DNA from: a bacterium
Lineage (GTDB): Bacteria > Armatimonadota > Chthonomonadetes > Chthonomonadales > JAMCWF01
Length of the DNA stretch: 64,000 nt
NCBI GenBank assembly: GCA_021842405.1
Contig: JAKBZR010000004.1
Span: 3,666 to 67,665 of the forward strand
Direction: 5' to 3'
Shown: positions 37,831-45,788 of the stretch, piece after piece
How the letters are laid out: every line of letters begins with the position of its first letter
How positions within the stretch are numbered: the stretch's first letter is position 1
Translations under genes and position numbers: made by a program
The notes under the pieces: model-generated
Seen by the model: the letters and a program-made list of their open reading frames with translations, nothing else
What the model was told of the DNA's origin: nothing
The model's database searches: none

Positions 37831-39033
37831 TCACTCGTAGCGGATCGCATCAATCGGGTTCATCCGAGCTGCCTGAGCGGCCGGCGCAACCCCAAACACA
37901 ATTCCGACCGCCACACAAACTCCAAACGCGATTCCAATGGTTCCCATCGTAATGAGGGGATGGAGGGGTGACACCTTAGCGACGATAAGGCAAATCACCT
38001 CGGCTAGCAGTACGCCGGTCAACGCGCCCAGCAGGGATAGAGTGATCGCTTCCAGCAAGAAATGGCGGAAGATATCGGAGCGGCGGGCGCCGACCGTCAT
38101 GCGGATGCCAATCTCTTTCGTTCGTTCACTCACCGAGACCAGCATAATATTCATAATGCCGATGCCGGCGACCACCAGCGAGATGGCGCTGATGCCGGTC
38201 AGCAGCGCGGTCACGATGTTAAACACGCTGTAGATGGAGGTGATCAACTGGTGCTGGGTTAAAATGCCAAAATCCTCGCGACCGTGATGATTTTGCAACA
38301 GGCGGCTCCGAATACGATTCAACGTCCGGTCCGGGTTGGAATGGTAGCTGATTTTAACCACGATGCGGTTTATCTGGCCGGCCGGTAGGGCGGCATGGGT
38401 GGCTTGATAGGGCAGGTAGATGATGTCGTTAAAGGTGTTGCCAAAAAGTTGGGACGCGCCGGGTTGCTTCTTTAAGCAGCCGATGATTCGAAATGGCACC
38501 CCTTCGACCGTTATGATTTTCCCGATCGGAGACTGGTGAGGGAATATGCGCTCCCAGGGCTCGGCGCCCAGCACACAGACTCGATCTTTCTCATTGCTTC
38601 GATTGAAAAATTGACCGATGGAAAGGCCGGCCCGCTGGATTTGAGCCATCGCGGCGGTGGTTGCAATGGTAAACGCCCTGTAGCTATGATCGCGGTGCTT
38701 CACACTACCATACACGAAGGTAACCGGGGCGCATGCCTCAACACCGGGCGTTTTACGGAGAGTGAGCACATCCCGGTTGGTTAAAGGGGAGATGCCGAGC
38801 ATGGACATCGGATTGGGTTGGCCGTTGCGGTCCAATTTGCCGGGTAAGATAAAAACGATGTTGCTGCCCAGATTTCCGATTTGCTGACTGATATCGGTCT
38901 TAACCCCTATGCCAATGCTCACCAGCAGGATGACCGAAGCAACCCCAATGACGACTCCCAGCACGGTGAGGGAGGAGCGTAGCCGGTTCTCCCTTATTGA
39001 GCGAAAGGCAGAGAGAAACGTTTCAATAAGCAT
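37831..39033 (-). CDS. ABC transporter permease, MacB/FtsX-type
   Basis: N-terminal TM, a large periplasmic domain, and C-terminal FtsX helices with the conserved ...ERTKEIGIRMTVGARRSDI.... Confidence 0.8.
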   Translation of the reverse strand: MLIETFLSAFRSIRENRLRSSLTVLGVVIGVASVILLVSIGIGVKTDISQQIGNLGSNIVFILPGKLDRNGQPNPMSMLGISPLTNRDVLTLRKTPGVEACAPVTFVYGSVKHRDHSYRAFTIATTAAMAQIQRAGLSIGQFFNRSNEKDRVCVLGAEPWERIFPHQSPIGKIITVEGVPFRIIGCLKKQPGASQLFGNTFNDIIYLPYQATHAALPAGQINRIVVKISYHSNPDRTLNRIRSRLLQNHHGREDFGILTQHQLITSIYSVFNIVTALLTGISAISLVVAGIGIMNIMLVSVSERTKEIGIRMTVGARRSDIFRHFLLEAITLSLLGALTGVLLAEVICLIVAKVSPLHPLITMGTIGIAFGVCVAVGIVFGVAPAAQAARMNPIDAIRYE

Positions 39034-39099
39034 ACGGATTTTATATACTGAGCGGTGATTGGATGAGATCTCCGTTCAAGCTGTTCCCATATCATTATA

Positions 39100-40371
39100 T
39101 CACGAAGAGAGATCCGGTTTATCCACCAACCGCTCAAGCGCGGTGTCCAGGTGATATAAGTCGGGTGCGACAACGATGCCGCCGGCAGTCATTTGCTCGA
39201 TGATGCGCGACGCCTCACCGTTCACAAAATCCCGTGCGCCGGCTGGAGTATCCCCGTATAGGATGACCGTCACGCCGGATGCCAGCGCTTCCGCCGCCAG
39301 CTTTAGGTTGGCTAGATTGCCGGCTCCGAACGGCACCTCGGTGATCACGACCGCGCCCGCTTTCACTATCATTTCACGACACCTTAACTTGGCCTCTTCT
39401 CCGATTGCGGAGTAAGGCGCCTCCTCAACAACCGGAATATGGAGCGCCAGTGCCGCCTCATGATCGCTGTCCAGACGATTCAGCACTCCGGTCGTAACTT
39501 GATAGCCCTGCCTGACCAGGTGGCTCATCACGGCGCGGCCGGCGCCTCCGCCCGCAATGACGTGGATGATTGGAGACCTGTGATTAAGCTCACCCTCGGA
39601 GGGATGGGGGAAAACCCATGGGACACCGCTCAAGGGGTTGCTTGCAACCGCCAGTGAGCGGCCGTAGACCGATCTTACATTAGCGGGCGTTAATGCTTCA
39701 AGCGGCGAGCCGGCGGCTACCACCGCACCATCGGCCAGCAACACGATCTGATCGCAATACTCCGCCGCCAGGTTAAGGTCGTGCATAGCGGCGATGACCG
39801 CCATCTTCCGATCGCGAGTGAGTCGCCGAACCCGGTCGAGCAGCTCGATTTGATGACCGGCGTCCAGATGAGCGGTCGGTTCATCCAGTGCGATATTAGG
39901 GGCTTGTTGAGCCAGCGCACGGGCCAGCAGCACCCGGCGGTGCTCTCCGCCCGATATATGGCCAACCACCCGCTCGGCCAAGTGGATGGTATCGGTGAAA
40001 GCCAGCGACTCGGCCGCGATTTCATAGTCCCGCTCAGTTTCACCCCTCATCCCCGAGATGTGGGGATGGCGGCCCATCAACACGATGTCGCGGGCGGTGA
40101 AATCAAAAAGCGCCGGTTCCGATTGGGGCAGAAAGGCCAGCCGCCGCGCGATTTCCCGGGTAGTTAACCGCTCGATCGGCTCGTCATCCAACCAGACTTG
40201 GCCGCTTCGCGGTCGCAGCGTTCGGCTCAATACCCGTAATAGGGTGGATTTCCCGCAACCGTTGGGCCCCACAATACCAAGAAATCGGCCCGGCTTGACG
40301 GTCAGGCTTACGTCACGGATGATGTCGGCGCCGTCGTAACCGGCGAAGAGGTTACGGGCTTCGATCGTCAT
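39100..40371 (-). CDS. ABC ATP-binding protein (iron-chelate/cobalamin FepC/BtuD-like) fused to a ~160-aa C-terminal Rossmann-like domain
   Basis: Walker A GPNGCGKST, signature ISGGEHRR, Walker B IALDEPTAHLD. C-terminal extension IIHVIAGGGAGRAVMSHLVRQGYQVTTGVLN.... Confidence 0.75.
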   Translation of the reverse strand: MTIEARNLFAGYDGADIIRDVSLTVKPGRFLGIVGPNGCGKSTLLRVLSRTLRPRSGQVWLDDEPIERLTTREIARRLAFLPQSEPALFDFTARDIVLMGRHPHISGMRGETERDYEIAAESLAFTDTIHLAERVVGHISGGEHRRVLLARALAQQAPNIALDEPTAHLDAGHQIELLDRVRRLTRDRKMAVIAAMHDLNLAAEYCDQIVLLADGAVVAAGSPLEALTPANVRSVYGRSLAVASNPLSGVPWVFPHPSEGELNHRSPIIHVIAGGGAGRAVMSHLVRQGYQVTTGVLNRLDSDHEAALALHIPVVEEAPYSAIGEEAKLRCREMIVKAGAVVITEVPFGAGNLANLKLAAEALASGVTVILYGDTPAGARDFVNGEASRIIEQMTAGGIVVAPDLYHLDTALERLVDKPDLSS

Positions 40372-40401
40372 CGTAGGCCCGTCTATTGTAGGTTGATTCG
40401 T

Positions 40402-41631
40402 TCATCGGCTGGATGACAGCTTGATCCTTAAAAACCGGTTCTTCCCGGCCCTCAGCACCGCTCCACCGATTTGTCCAAGAGGTAGCTCGGCGTCGGCGCG
40501 ATCAATCCTCTCTCCGTTGATGGTAATACCGCCTTGCTCCACCAGTCGCCGCGCCTCACCGGTGCCCTTCGCCAAACCAGCATCAACCAGCAGCCGACAA
40601 ATCCAAATGGTCGGCTTTTCAGTTGATTGGATTTTCACTTCGGGCATCTCATTGGGGTTTTGGTGGGCGGAATGAACGCGCTCGAACTCGGCGTCCGCCG
40701 CCAGCGCCGCTTCTCGTCCATAGTAGATGGTAACCACCTCAGAGGCCAATTTGCGCTTAACGTCCTTCGGATTGATCCGATCTTCTCTGATACCCTTTAT
40801 CATTTGCGCTATCTCATCAACGGGGATGTCGGTGCAAAGCTCCAAGTATTCCGGCAGCAGGTCATCTGAGATGGACATCAATTTGCCATACATATCGTTA
40901 GGGGGCTCGGTGATGCCGATTGTATTGCCCAGCGACTTGCTCATTTTATGCGCCCCATCCAAACCGGTCAGCAGCGGCATAAAAAGAGCGACCTGCGGCT
41001 CTTGGCCGTATTCCCTTTGCAGATCACGACCGGCCAAGATATTGAACATCTGATCGGTGCCGCCCATCTCGATATCGGCTTTCAGCACCACCGAATCGTA
41101 AGCCTGGCAGAGGGGATAGAGCAGCTCATGCAGGCCGATGCTTAAACCCTCCTTAAAGCGCTTGGTGAAATCGTCGCGCTCCATAGTCCGCGCCACCGTA
41201 GCATGAGAGGCCAATCGGATCACGTCGGCGAAGCTAAACTTACCGAGCCACTCACTGTTAAAGCGAATCTGGGTTTTTTGGGCATCCAAAATCTTATGGT
41301 ACTGATTGGCATAGGTAGCGGCGTTCGCTTTGATCTCCTCCTCCGTAAGCTGTGGGCGCGTCTCATTTCGACCGGACGGGTCGCCGATCATGGCAGTAAA
41401 ATCGCCGATAATGATGACGACGTTATGCCCCAGGTCTTGAAACTGGCGCAACTTCCGCAACACAACCGCGCTACCCAAATGAATGTCTGGGGCGGTGGGG
41501 TCCAATCCCAGCTTGATGGTAAGGGGGCGGTTAGTTTTGGCTGATTTGGCCAGCTTCTCCTCCAACCCTTTTTCGGGCACCAGGCCGCGAGTTCCCCGGC
41601 GAAGCTGGGATGCGATTTCTTCAATATCCAA
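40402..41631 (-). CDS. tyrS: tyrosine--tRNA ligase
   Basis: HIGH-type motif (DIHLGS), KMSKS, and a C-terminal S4 domain (ARRLVEQGGITINGERI). Confidence 0.9.
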   Translation of the reverse strand: MDIEEIASQLRRGTRGLVPEKGLEEKLAKSAKTNRPLTIKLGLDPTAPDIHLGSAVVLRKLRQFQDLGHNVVIIIGDFTAMIGDPSGRNETRPQLTEEEIKANAATYANQYHKILDAQKTQIRFNSEWLGKFSFADVIRLASHATVARTMERDDFTKRFKEGLSIGLHELLYPLCQAYDSVVLKADIEMGGTDQMFNILAGRDLQREYGQEPQVALFMPLLTGLDGAHKMSKSLGNTIGITEPPNDMYGKLMSISDDLLPEYLELCTDIPVDEIAQMIKGIREDRINPKDVKRKLASEVVTIYYGREAALAADAEFERVHSAHQNPNEMPEVKIQSTEKPTIWICRLLVDAGLAKGTGEARRLVEQGGITINGERIDRADAELPLGQIGGAVLRAGKNRFLRIKLSSSR

Positions 41632-41801
41632 AAAGTATCAACCTCAAATGCTTTAAATTTGCCGATTGGATGATATGGCATCGGACAAGATGGTAGCATA
41701 GCCCATTTGTCAGTGTCAACGTAAAATGCTAAATGAGAATCGTGAATTGACAAATGAATTCGGATCGGCGTAAACTGATAGGTATAAGGGAGGCGTTAAG
41801 A

Positions 41802-42122
41802 ATGCCGGTTACCGATGACCAGTGTTACAAAGAAATAATCAGAAGAATTGTGGAAGCAGCGCATCCGCTTAAGGTAATCCTTTTTGACTCGAGCGCTCGA
41901 GGTCAGGCCACACCTGGAAGCGATGTTGATCTTCTGGTGGTAATGCCGGATGGCACCCATCGTTTGAGCACCTCGCAAGCTATCTATCGTAATCTAATTG
42001 GTTTGGAATTCGCCGTTGACGTGATCGTTGCTGTCGAAACTGACCTAAGCGATTACAAAGATACTCCAGGCCTGATATATCGCGAGGCGCTTCGAGAAGG
42101 GAGGGTTATTTTTGCCGCATAA
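41802..42122 (+). CDS. nucleotidyltransferase (MNT-type antitoxin of a HEPN-MNT pair)
   Basis: GS-x-DxD signature (LFDSSARGQATPGSDVDLLVV). ATG 41802 is preceded by AAGGGAGG. It overlaps the HEPN start by 11 nt. Confidence 0.8.
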   Translation: MPVTDDQCYKEIIRRIVEAAHPLKVILFDSSARGQATPGSDVDLLVVMPDGTHRLSTSQAIYRNLIGLEFAVDVIVAVETDLSDYKDTPGLIYREALREGRVIFAA

Positions 42123-42387
42123 GTCAGAGAAAGCAAGACTTCCAGAAACTTGGATCAAGAATGCGTCGGCTGACCTTGCGCTGGCGAGAATAGATCTACC
42201 GGAAGGCGGCGCCTATGAACAATTATGCTTTCACGCCCAGCAGGCAGCGGAAAAGAGTATCAAAGCACTCCTTTTGCACGAAAGAGTTCAGTTCTCTGGG
42301 CAATTTAGGCAGCAGGCTTTTACCCCTGTAGCAATAATCAACTCCCTCCCCCCTCGTGGGGGAGGGTTGGGGTGGGGGTCGAACTAA
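42112..42387 (+). pseudogene. HEPN-domain gene truncated by a family-1 MITE-like element
   Basis: The first 56 aa are HEPN-like (W..NASADLALARI....YEQLCFHAQQAAEKSIKALLLHE). From nt 42280 the frame reads through the repeat terminus (RVQFSGQFRQ...). The C-terminal half, where HEPN proteins carry their R-x4-6-H motif, is absent. Confidence 0.7.
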
Positions 42388-42415
42388 AGCCCCTCCCGCA
42401 AAACTGAACTGTTAC
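42280..42415. mobile_element. family-1 MITE-like element inside the HEPN gene
   Basis: The left terminus is GAAAGAGTTCAGTTCTCTGGGCAATTTAGGCAGCAGGC. The interior has CTCCCTCCCCCCTCGTGGGGGAGGGTTGGGGTGGGGG. The right terminus is ...CCCGCAAAACTGAACTGTTAC. No target-site duplication. Confidence 0.8.
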
Positions 42416-42780
42416 TAACCTTTCTCGATTTACTCGGTGGATGTTTTTTCATGCTATCCTAATTAAAGGCGGGATGATCTGCAGGTGTGCGTGATGCCTC
42501 GCTGAAGTTCTGAGCCAACACCCATTAATCAGGGAGTATGTCTCGAGGCGCCGAGTGGCAGTCCCTTAATCGGGAAATCGCGAAGTGTACCGGCATACAT
42601 CCGCCCGTGCTTAACGGGTTCAAGAACTCAGGGACACACGGCACCGCGGAGTCCCGCCGATCTTTTCAGCCAGCTAAATCCCGGAAAAATGTGGGTGAAT
42701 TTTTCACCGATTTGTGGCATAGGGACATTAGAGTGACGGTGTATTCGAGCCCTGTCCCAACGCCTTTTCAGGAGATTGAG

Positions 42781-42858
42781 ATGATCATCACATTGATCGT
42801 GCTGGTTGTGGTGGCGGTCGTATTTGGTGCTACGATCCTTTTGAAGGACCTCGCCTGA
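42781..42858 (+). CDS. candidate 25-aa hydrophobic peptide (MIITLIVLVVVAVVFGATILLKDLA)
   Basis: ATG is preceded by CAGGAGATTGAG. It is a single predicted TM helix. It may instead be the tail of the 106-aa track ORF 42538..42858. Confidence 0.3.
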   Translation: MIITLIVLVVVAVVFGATILLKDLA

Positions 42859-43690
42859 TACGTCCCTTTTCCAATTGCCGTGTCAATGCGGCGGCTAGCT
42901 CGGCAATTACGATCAGCCCCGGGTTATCGGGAGACCAAAGCACAGTCCTCATTTTTGTCGCAAAAATTGCCATCGCGATCATCTCACCCGATGAGGTGGT
43001 TACCACGCCCACGTCGCTCCGCAGATGATCTACGGCTCCGCTTTTACCCGCAAATTTGTAACCTTTCGGCAGTCGGCGGGGAATTCCATCGCGGTAGTGC
43101 TGGTGGTCGAGAAATTCCATCGCAAGGCGGGAGGTCTCCTCATCGGCGAGGCGGTGGGTCGCTAATCGTTCCAGCAGATCAACCAGCTCGGCCGGGGTGG
43201 TGACCCCCAAGCCATAGCGCCGGTTGCGCGGGGTTGGATTCGGGTTGGGGCGAAACACGCGCGCAAAGATTTCAGTCACTTTTAGACCCAGCGATCTCAT
43301 TCTTTGGTTAACCGATTCCAGCCCGACCTGATCCAGGATTAAATTGGTGGCGGTGTTATCGGACACGGCAATCATTAAGTTACAAGCATCCCGAACCGAG
43401 AGCTTGAGGTCGGGATCAAACAGGTAGAGGACGCCGGAGCCGGGGACTTTATCGTCGGCCTTCAGGATGAGCGACTGACCCAGCGATATTTTACCTTCTG
43501 AAGCCATCATCAAAACGTGCACCAGCACCGGCAGCTTGATCACGCTGGCGGTGGAGACATGGCGGCGGGGGTGGAAGTCAAGCCGAGCGCCAGTGGTTAA
43601 GTTTTTGGCGGCAAAGGATATCTCGCCCTGAAATGAATCAATAATTTGCGAAATGGCTTCCGGCAGGTTTTCCGAAGTGGGGGATTTCAC
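42830..43690 (-). CDS. class A beta-lactamase-like serine hydrolase
   Basis: S-x-x-K motif (ASVIKLPV) and an SDN-like VSDNTATN. GTG 43690 is preceded by AAAGGAGA. The track start at 43759 would overlap trmFO by 47 nt. Confidence 0.75.
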   Translation of the reverse strand: MKSPTSENLPEAISQIIDSFQGEISFAAKNLTTGARLDFHPRRHVSTASVIKLPVLVHVLMMASEGKISLGQSLILKADDKVPGSGVLYLFDPDLKLSVRDACNLMIAVSDNTATNLILDQVGLESVNQRMRSLGLKVTEIFARVFRPNPNPTPRNRRYGLGVTTPAELVDLLERLATHRLADEETSRLAMEFLDHQHYRDGIPRRLPKGYKFAGKSGAVDHLRSDVGVVTTSSGEMIAMAIFATKMRTVLWSPDNPGLIVIAELAAALTRQLEKGRIRRGPSKGS

Positions 43691-43712
43691 GCATTGATCT
43701 CCTTTACAAAAA

Positions 43713-45086
43713 TTAATGGTTCGAGTCAATCTCCACCCGTGTCGGCTTTGCCGCATCAATGGCGCGTTCTAGAGCGTTGATTGCCCGGTCCGATTTTTGT
43801 CGCGCTCTTTCCCGTTTATCGCGTGCCGGTTCCAGCGGCTCCGGAAGCAGGCCGAAATTGGCGTTCATCGGCGCAAACCGCTCCGGGCTAGTCTCAGTGA
43901 TATAGGCAAGCAATGAGCCGAGCACCGTTTCCCGCGGCGGAATAAACGGAGGCAATCGCTTGCACCAGCGATGTGCATTGATGCCGGCCAAAAGCCCGGT
44001 TGCCGCCGATTCAATATACCCTTCCACTCCCGTGATTTGGCCGGCCATGAATAGGCCGGGCTGACTTTTCATCATTAAACCCTTATCCAGCAATCGGGGA
44101 GAGCAGATATAGGTATTCCGGTGCATCACGCCGTAGCGCACGAACTCGGCGTTCTCCAGGCCGGGTATCAGTCGAAATACGCGCTGCTGCTCACCCCATT
44201 TCAACCGGGTTTGAAAGCCGACCATTCCCCAGAGCGTGCCTTCCAAATTGTCGGGGCGCAGTTGAACGACGGCGTAGGGACGGCGACCGGTAATCGGGTC
44301 GCGCAGCCCGATCGGTTTCATCGGCCCGTATGCGCAGGTTTTCGGGCCACGGGCGGCCAGCTCCTCAATCGGCAGGCACATCTCAAAATAGATCGTTTTG
44401 TCCTCGCGCTCAAATTCGTGCAATTCAGCCTTTTCCGCATTGAGCAACTCGTGATAAAATCGTTCGTACTCTTCTTTGGACATCGGACAGTTTAAATAAT
44501 CGCCATCGGCGGTTGCGGCGCGGTCGGGATCGGCGGTTTTATTAAAGCGGGAGGCGCGGAATATTCGACTCATATCCAAGCTATCTTGAGTGATCGTGGG
44601 CGCCACCGCGTCGTAAAAATGGAGCGCATCTCCGATTAACGGTTTTAACGCGGCGGCCAGCGCATCCGAGGTCAGCGGGCCGGTTGCGACGATGAGGGGG
44701 CGATCGGAGGGGAGAGCGGTCATCTCTTCCCGGATCAGGGTGATATTGGGGTGGTTGGTGACGGCGTCGGTGATAGCCCGCGCGAACGGTTGGCGGTCAA
44801 CCGCCAGCGCTTCGCCGGCCGGAACCGGATACCGCTCCGCCACTGCCAGTACCAGCGACCCCAGCCTCCGCATCTCCTCCTTGAGCACACCGCTGGCATT
44901 GGTGAGTCGATTCGATTTAAAGGAGTTGGAGCAAACCAGCTCAGCAAGATCGCCGGTTCGATGCACAGGAGTGGAGCGGTGGGGGCGCATTTCATAGAGG
45001 AGCACCCTGCTGCCAAGGTTTGCGGCGGCCCAGGCGGCCTCGGTGCCGGCAAATCCACCGCCTATTATGGTAACGGTTGGTTGCAT
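43713..45086 (-). CDS. trmFO: methylenetetrahydrofolate--tRNA-(uracil-5)-methyltransferase
   Basis: From ATG 45086 the N-terminus is MQPTVTIIGGGFAGTEAAWAAANLG. GidA-family core. About 457 aa. The track's 29-aa extension runs into rnpB. Confidence 0.9.
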   Translation of the reverse strand: MQPTVTIIGGGFAGTEAAWAAANLGSRVLLYEMRPHRSTPVHRTGDLAELVCSNSFKSNRLTNASGVLKEEMRRLGSLVLAVAERYPVPAGEALAVDRQPFARAITDAVTNHPNITLIREEMTALPSDRPLIVATGPLTSDALAAALKPLIGDALHFYDAVAPTITQDSLDMSRIFRASRFNKTADPDRAATADGDYLNCPMSKEEYERFYHELLNAEKAELHEFEREDKTIYFEMCLPIEELAARGPKTCAYGPMKPIGLRDPITGRRPYAVVQLRPDNLEGTLWGMVGFQTRLKWGEQQRVFRLIPGLENAEFVRYGVMHRNTYICSPRLLDKGLMMKSQPGLFMAGQITGVEGYIESAATGLLAGINAHRWCKRLPPFIPPRETVLGSLLAYITETSPERFAPMNANFGLLPEPLEPARDKRERARQKSDRAINALERAIDAAKPTRVEIDSNH

Positions 45087-45131
45087 AGTTGAAACACTCG
45101 CGCTGACCGCGTTCATTCCGTAACAAGAAAT

Positions 45132-45470
45132 GGCAGAAGGTCTATAAGCCGGGTTCTGTATTTGTGTGGCCATCTATCTTGGGCCACGATCGCTCGTAGC
45201 CTCCAGCGACCCTACCCGGAGAGTCAGCGGGCCGCCTCTTCCTCTCCCTATTGGGTCTTGCTCCCGATGGGGTTTACCAAGCTCCCTTCGTTACCGGAGG
45301 GACTGGTGCGCTCTTACCGCGCCTTTTCACCGTTACCCCAGCCTAGACCGGGGCTGTGTTTTTTCTGTGGCACTTTCCGTCGGGTCACCCCGCCCGGACG
45401 TTATCCGGCATCGCGCCCTATGGAGCCCGGACTTTCCTCTCCATAAAGGAGTAGCCACCCGACCTTCTGC
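45132..45470 (-). ncRNA. rnpB: RNase P RNA, bacterial type A
   Basis: The reverse complement contains GAGGAAAGTCCGGGCTCCATAGGGC, ACGGAAAGTGCCACAGAAAA, GCGGTAAGAGCGCACC, GGTAAACCCCA, GCAAGACCCAATAGGG and ACAGAACCCGGCTTATAGACC. P1 pairs GCAGAAGGTC (5') with GACCTTCTGC (3'). Confidence 0.95.
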
Positions 45471-45515
45471 ACCCTTATATTACCTTATCGCGATCGGAGG
45501 CCATAGGGATACGGC

Positions 45516-45771
45516 GTAACAGTTCAGTTTTGCGGGAATGGTTTTCGTTCGACCCCACCCCAGCCCTCCCCGCAAGCGGGGAGGGAGAGGGAGGTTTAGC
45601 GGCGGTGCTTTTATCTTGCCCCCCAGTCCCTCTTAATCCCCTCCCCCGAGGGGGGAAGGTGTCATTGCGAGCGAAGCGAAGCAATCTCATTCCCCAACCC
45701 TCTCCCAATATGGGGAAAAAGATTATAGTGAGGGCCTCCTGCTTAAATTGCCCAGCGAACTGAACTCATTC
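45516..45771. mobile_element. family-1 MITE-like element
   Basis: The left terminus is GTAACAGTTCAGTTTTGCGGGAATGGTTTTCGTTCGACCCCACCCC. The right terminus in reverse complement is GAATGAGTTCAGTTCGCTGGGCAATTTAAGCAGGAGGC. The interior has CCTCCCCGCAAGCGGGGAGG, CCCCTCCCCCGAGGGGGGAAGG and CATTGCGAGCGAAGCGAAGCAATC. Confidence 0.8.
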
Positions 45772-45788
45772 GTGCGTAGAGACAAAGT

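Noticed and set aside
41632-41801. T-box leader upstream of tyrS
   Set aside because: The gap is only about 170 nt and is shared with the divergent MNT promoter. The reverse complement has no T-box consensus (…GGTGGNACCGCG…) and no specifier/terminator architecture. Only promoter-like hexamers (TTGACA…TACCAT) are visible.
42470-42620. Fluoride or guanidine riboswitch-like fragments (GGCGGGATGATC…GTGATGCCTC; ACACGGCACCGCGGAG)
   Set aside because: The matches are a few nucleotides long and do not reproduce the conserved cores or pairing of crcB or ykkC motifs as I know them. The downstream ORF is not a typical regulated gene.
45162-45519. Plus-strand ORFs 45162..45446 and 45166..45519
   Set aside because: They are antisense to a complete RNase P RNA and are typical artefacts of translating a structured GC-rich RNA gene.
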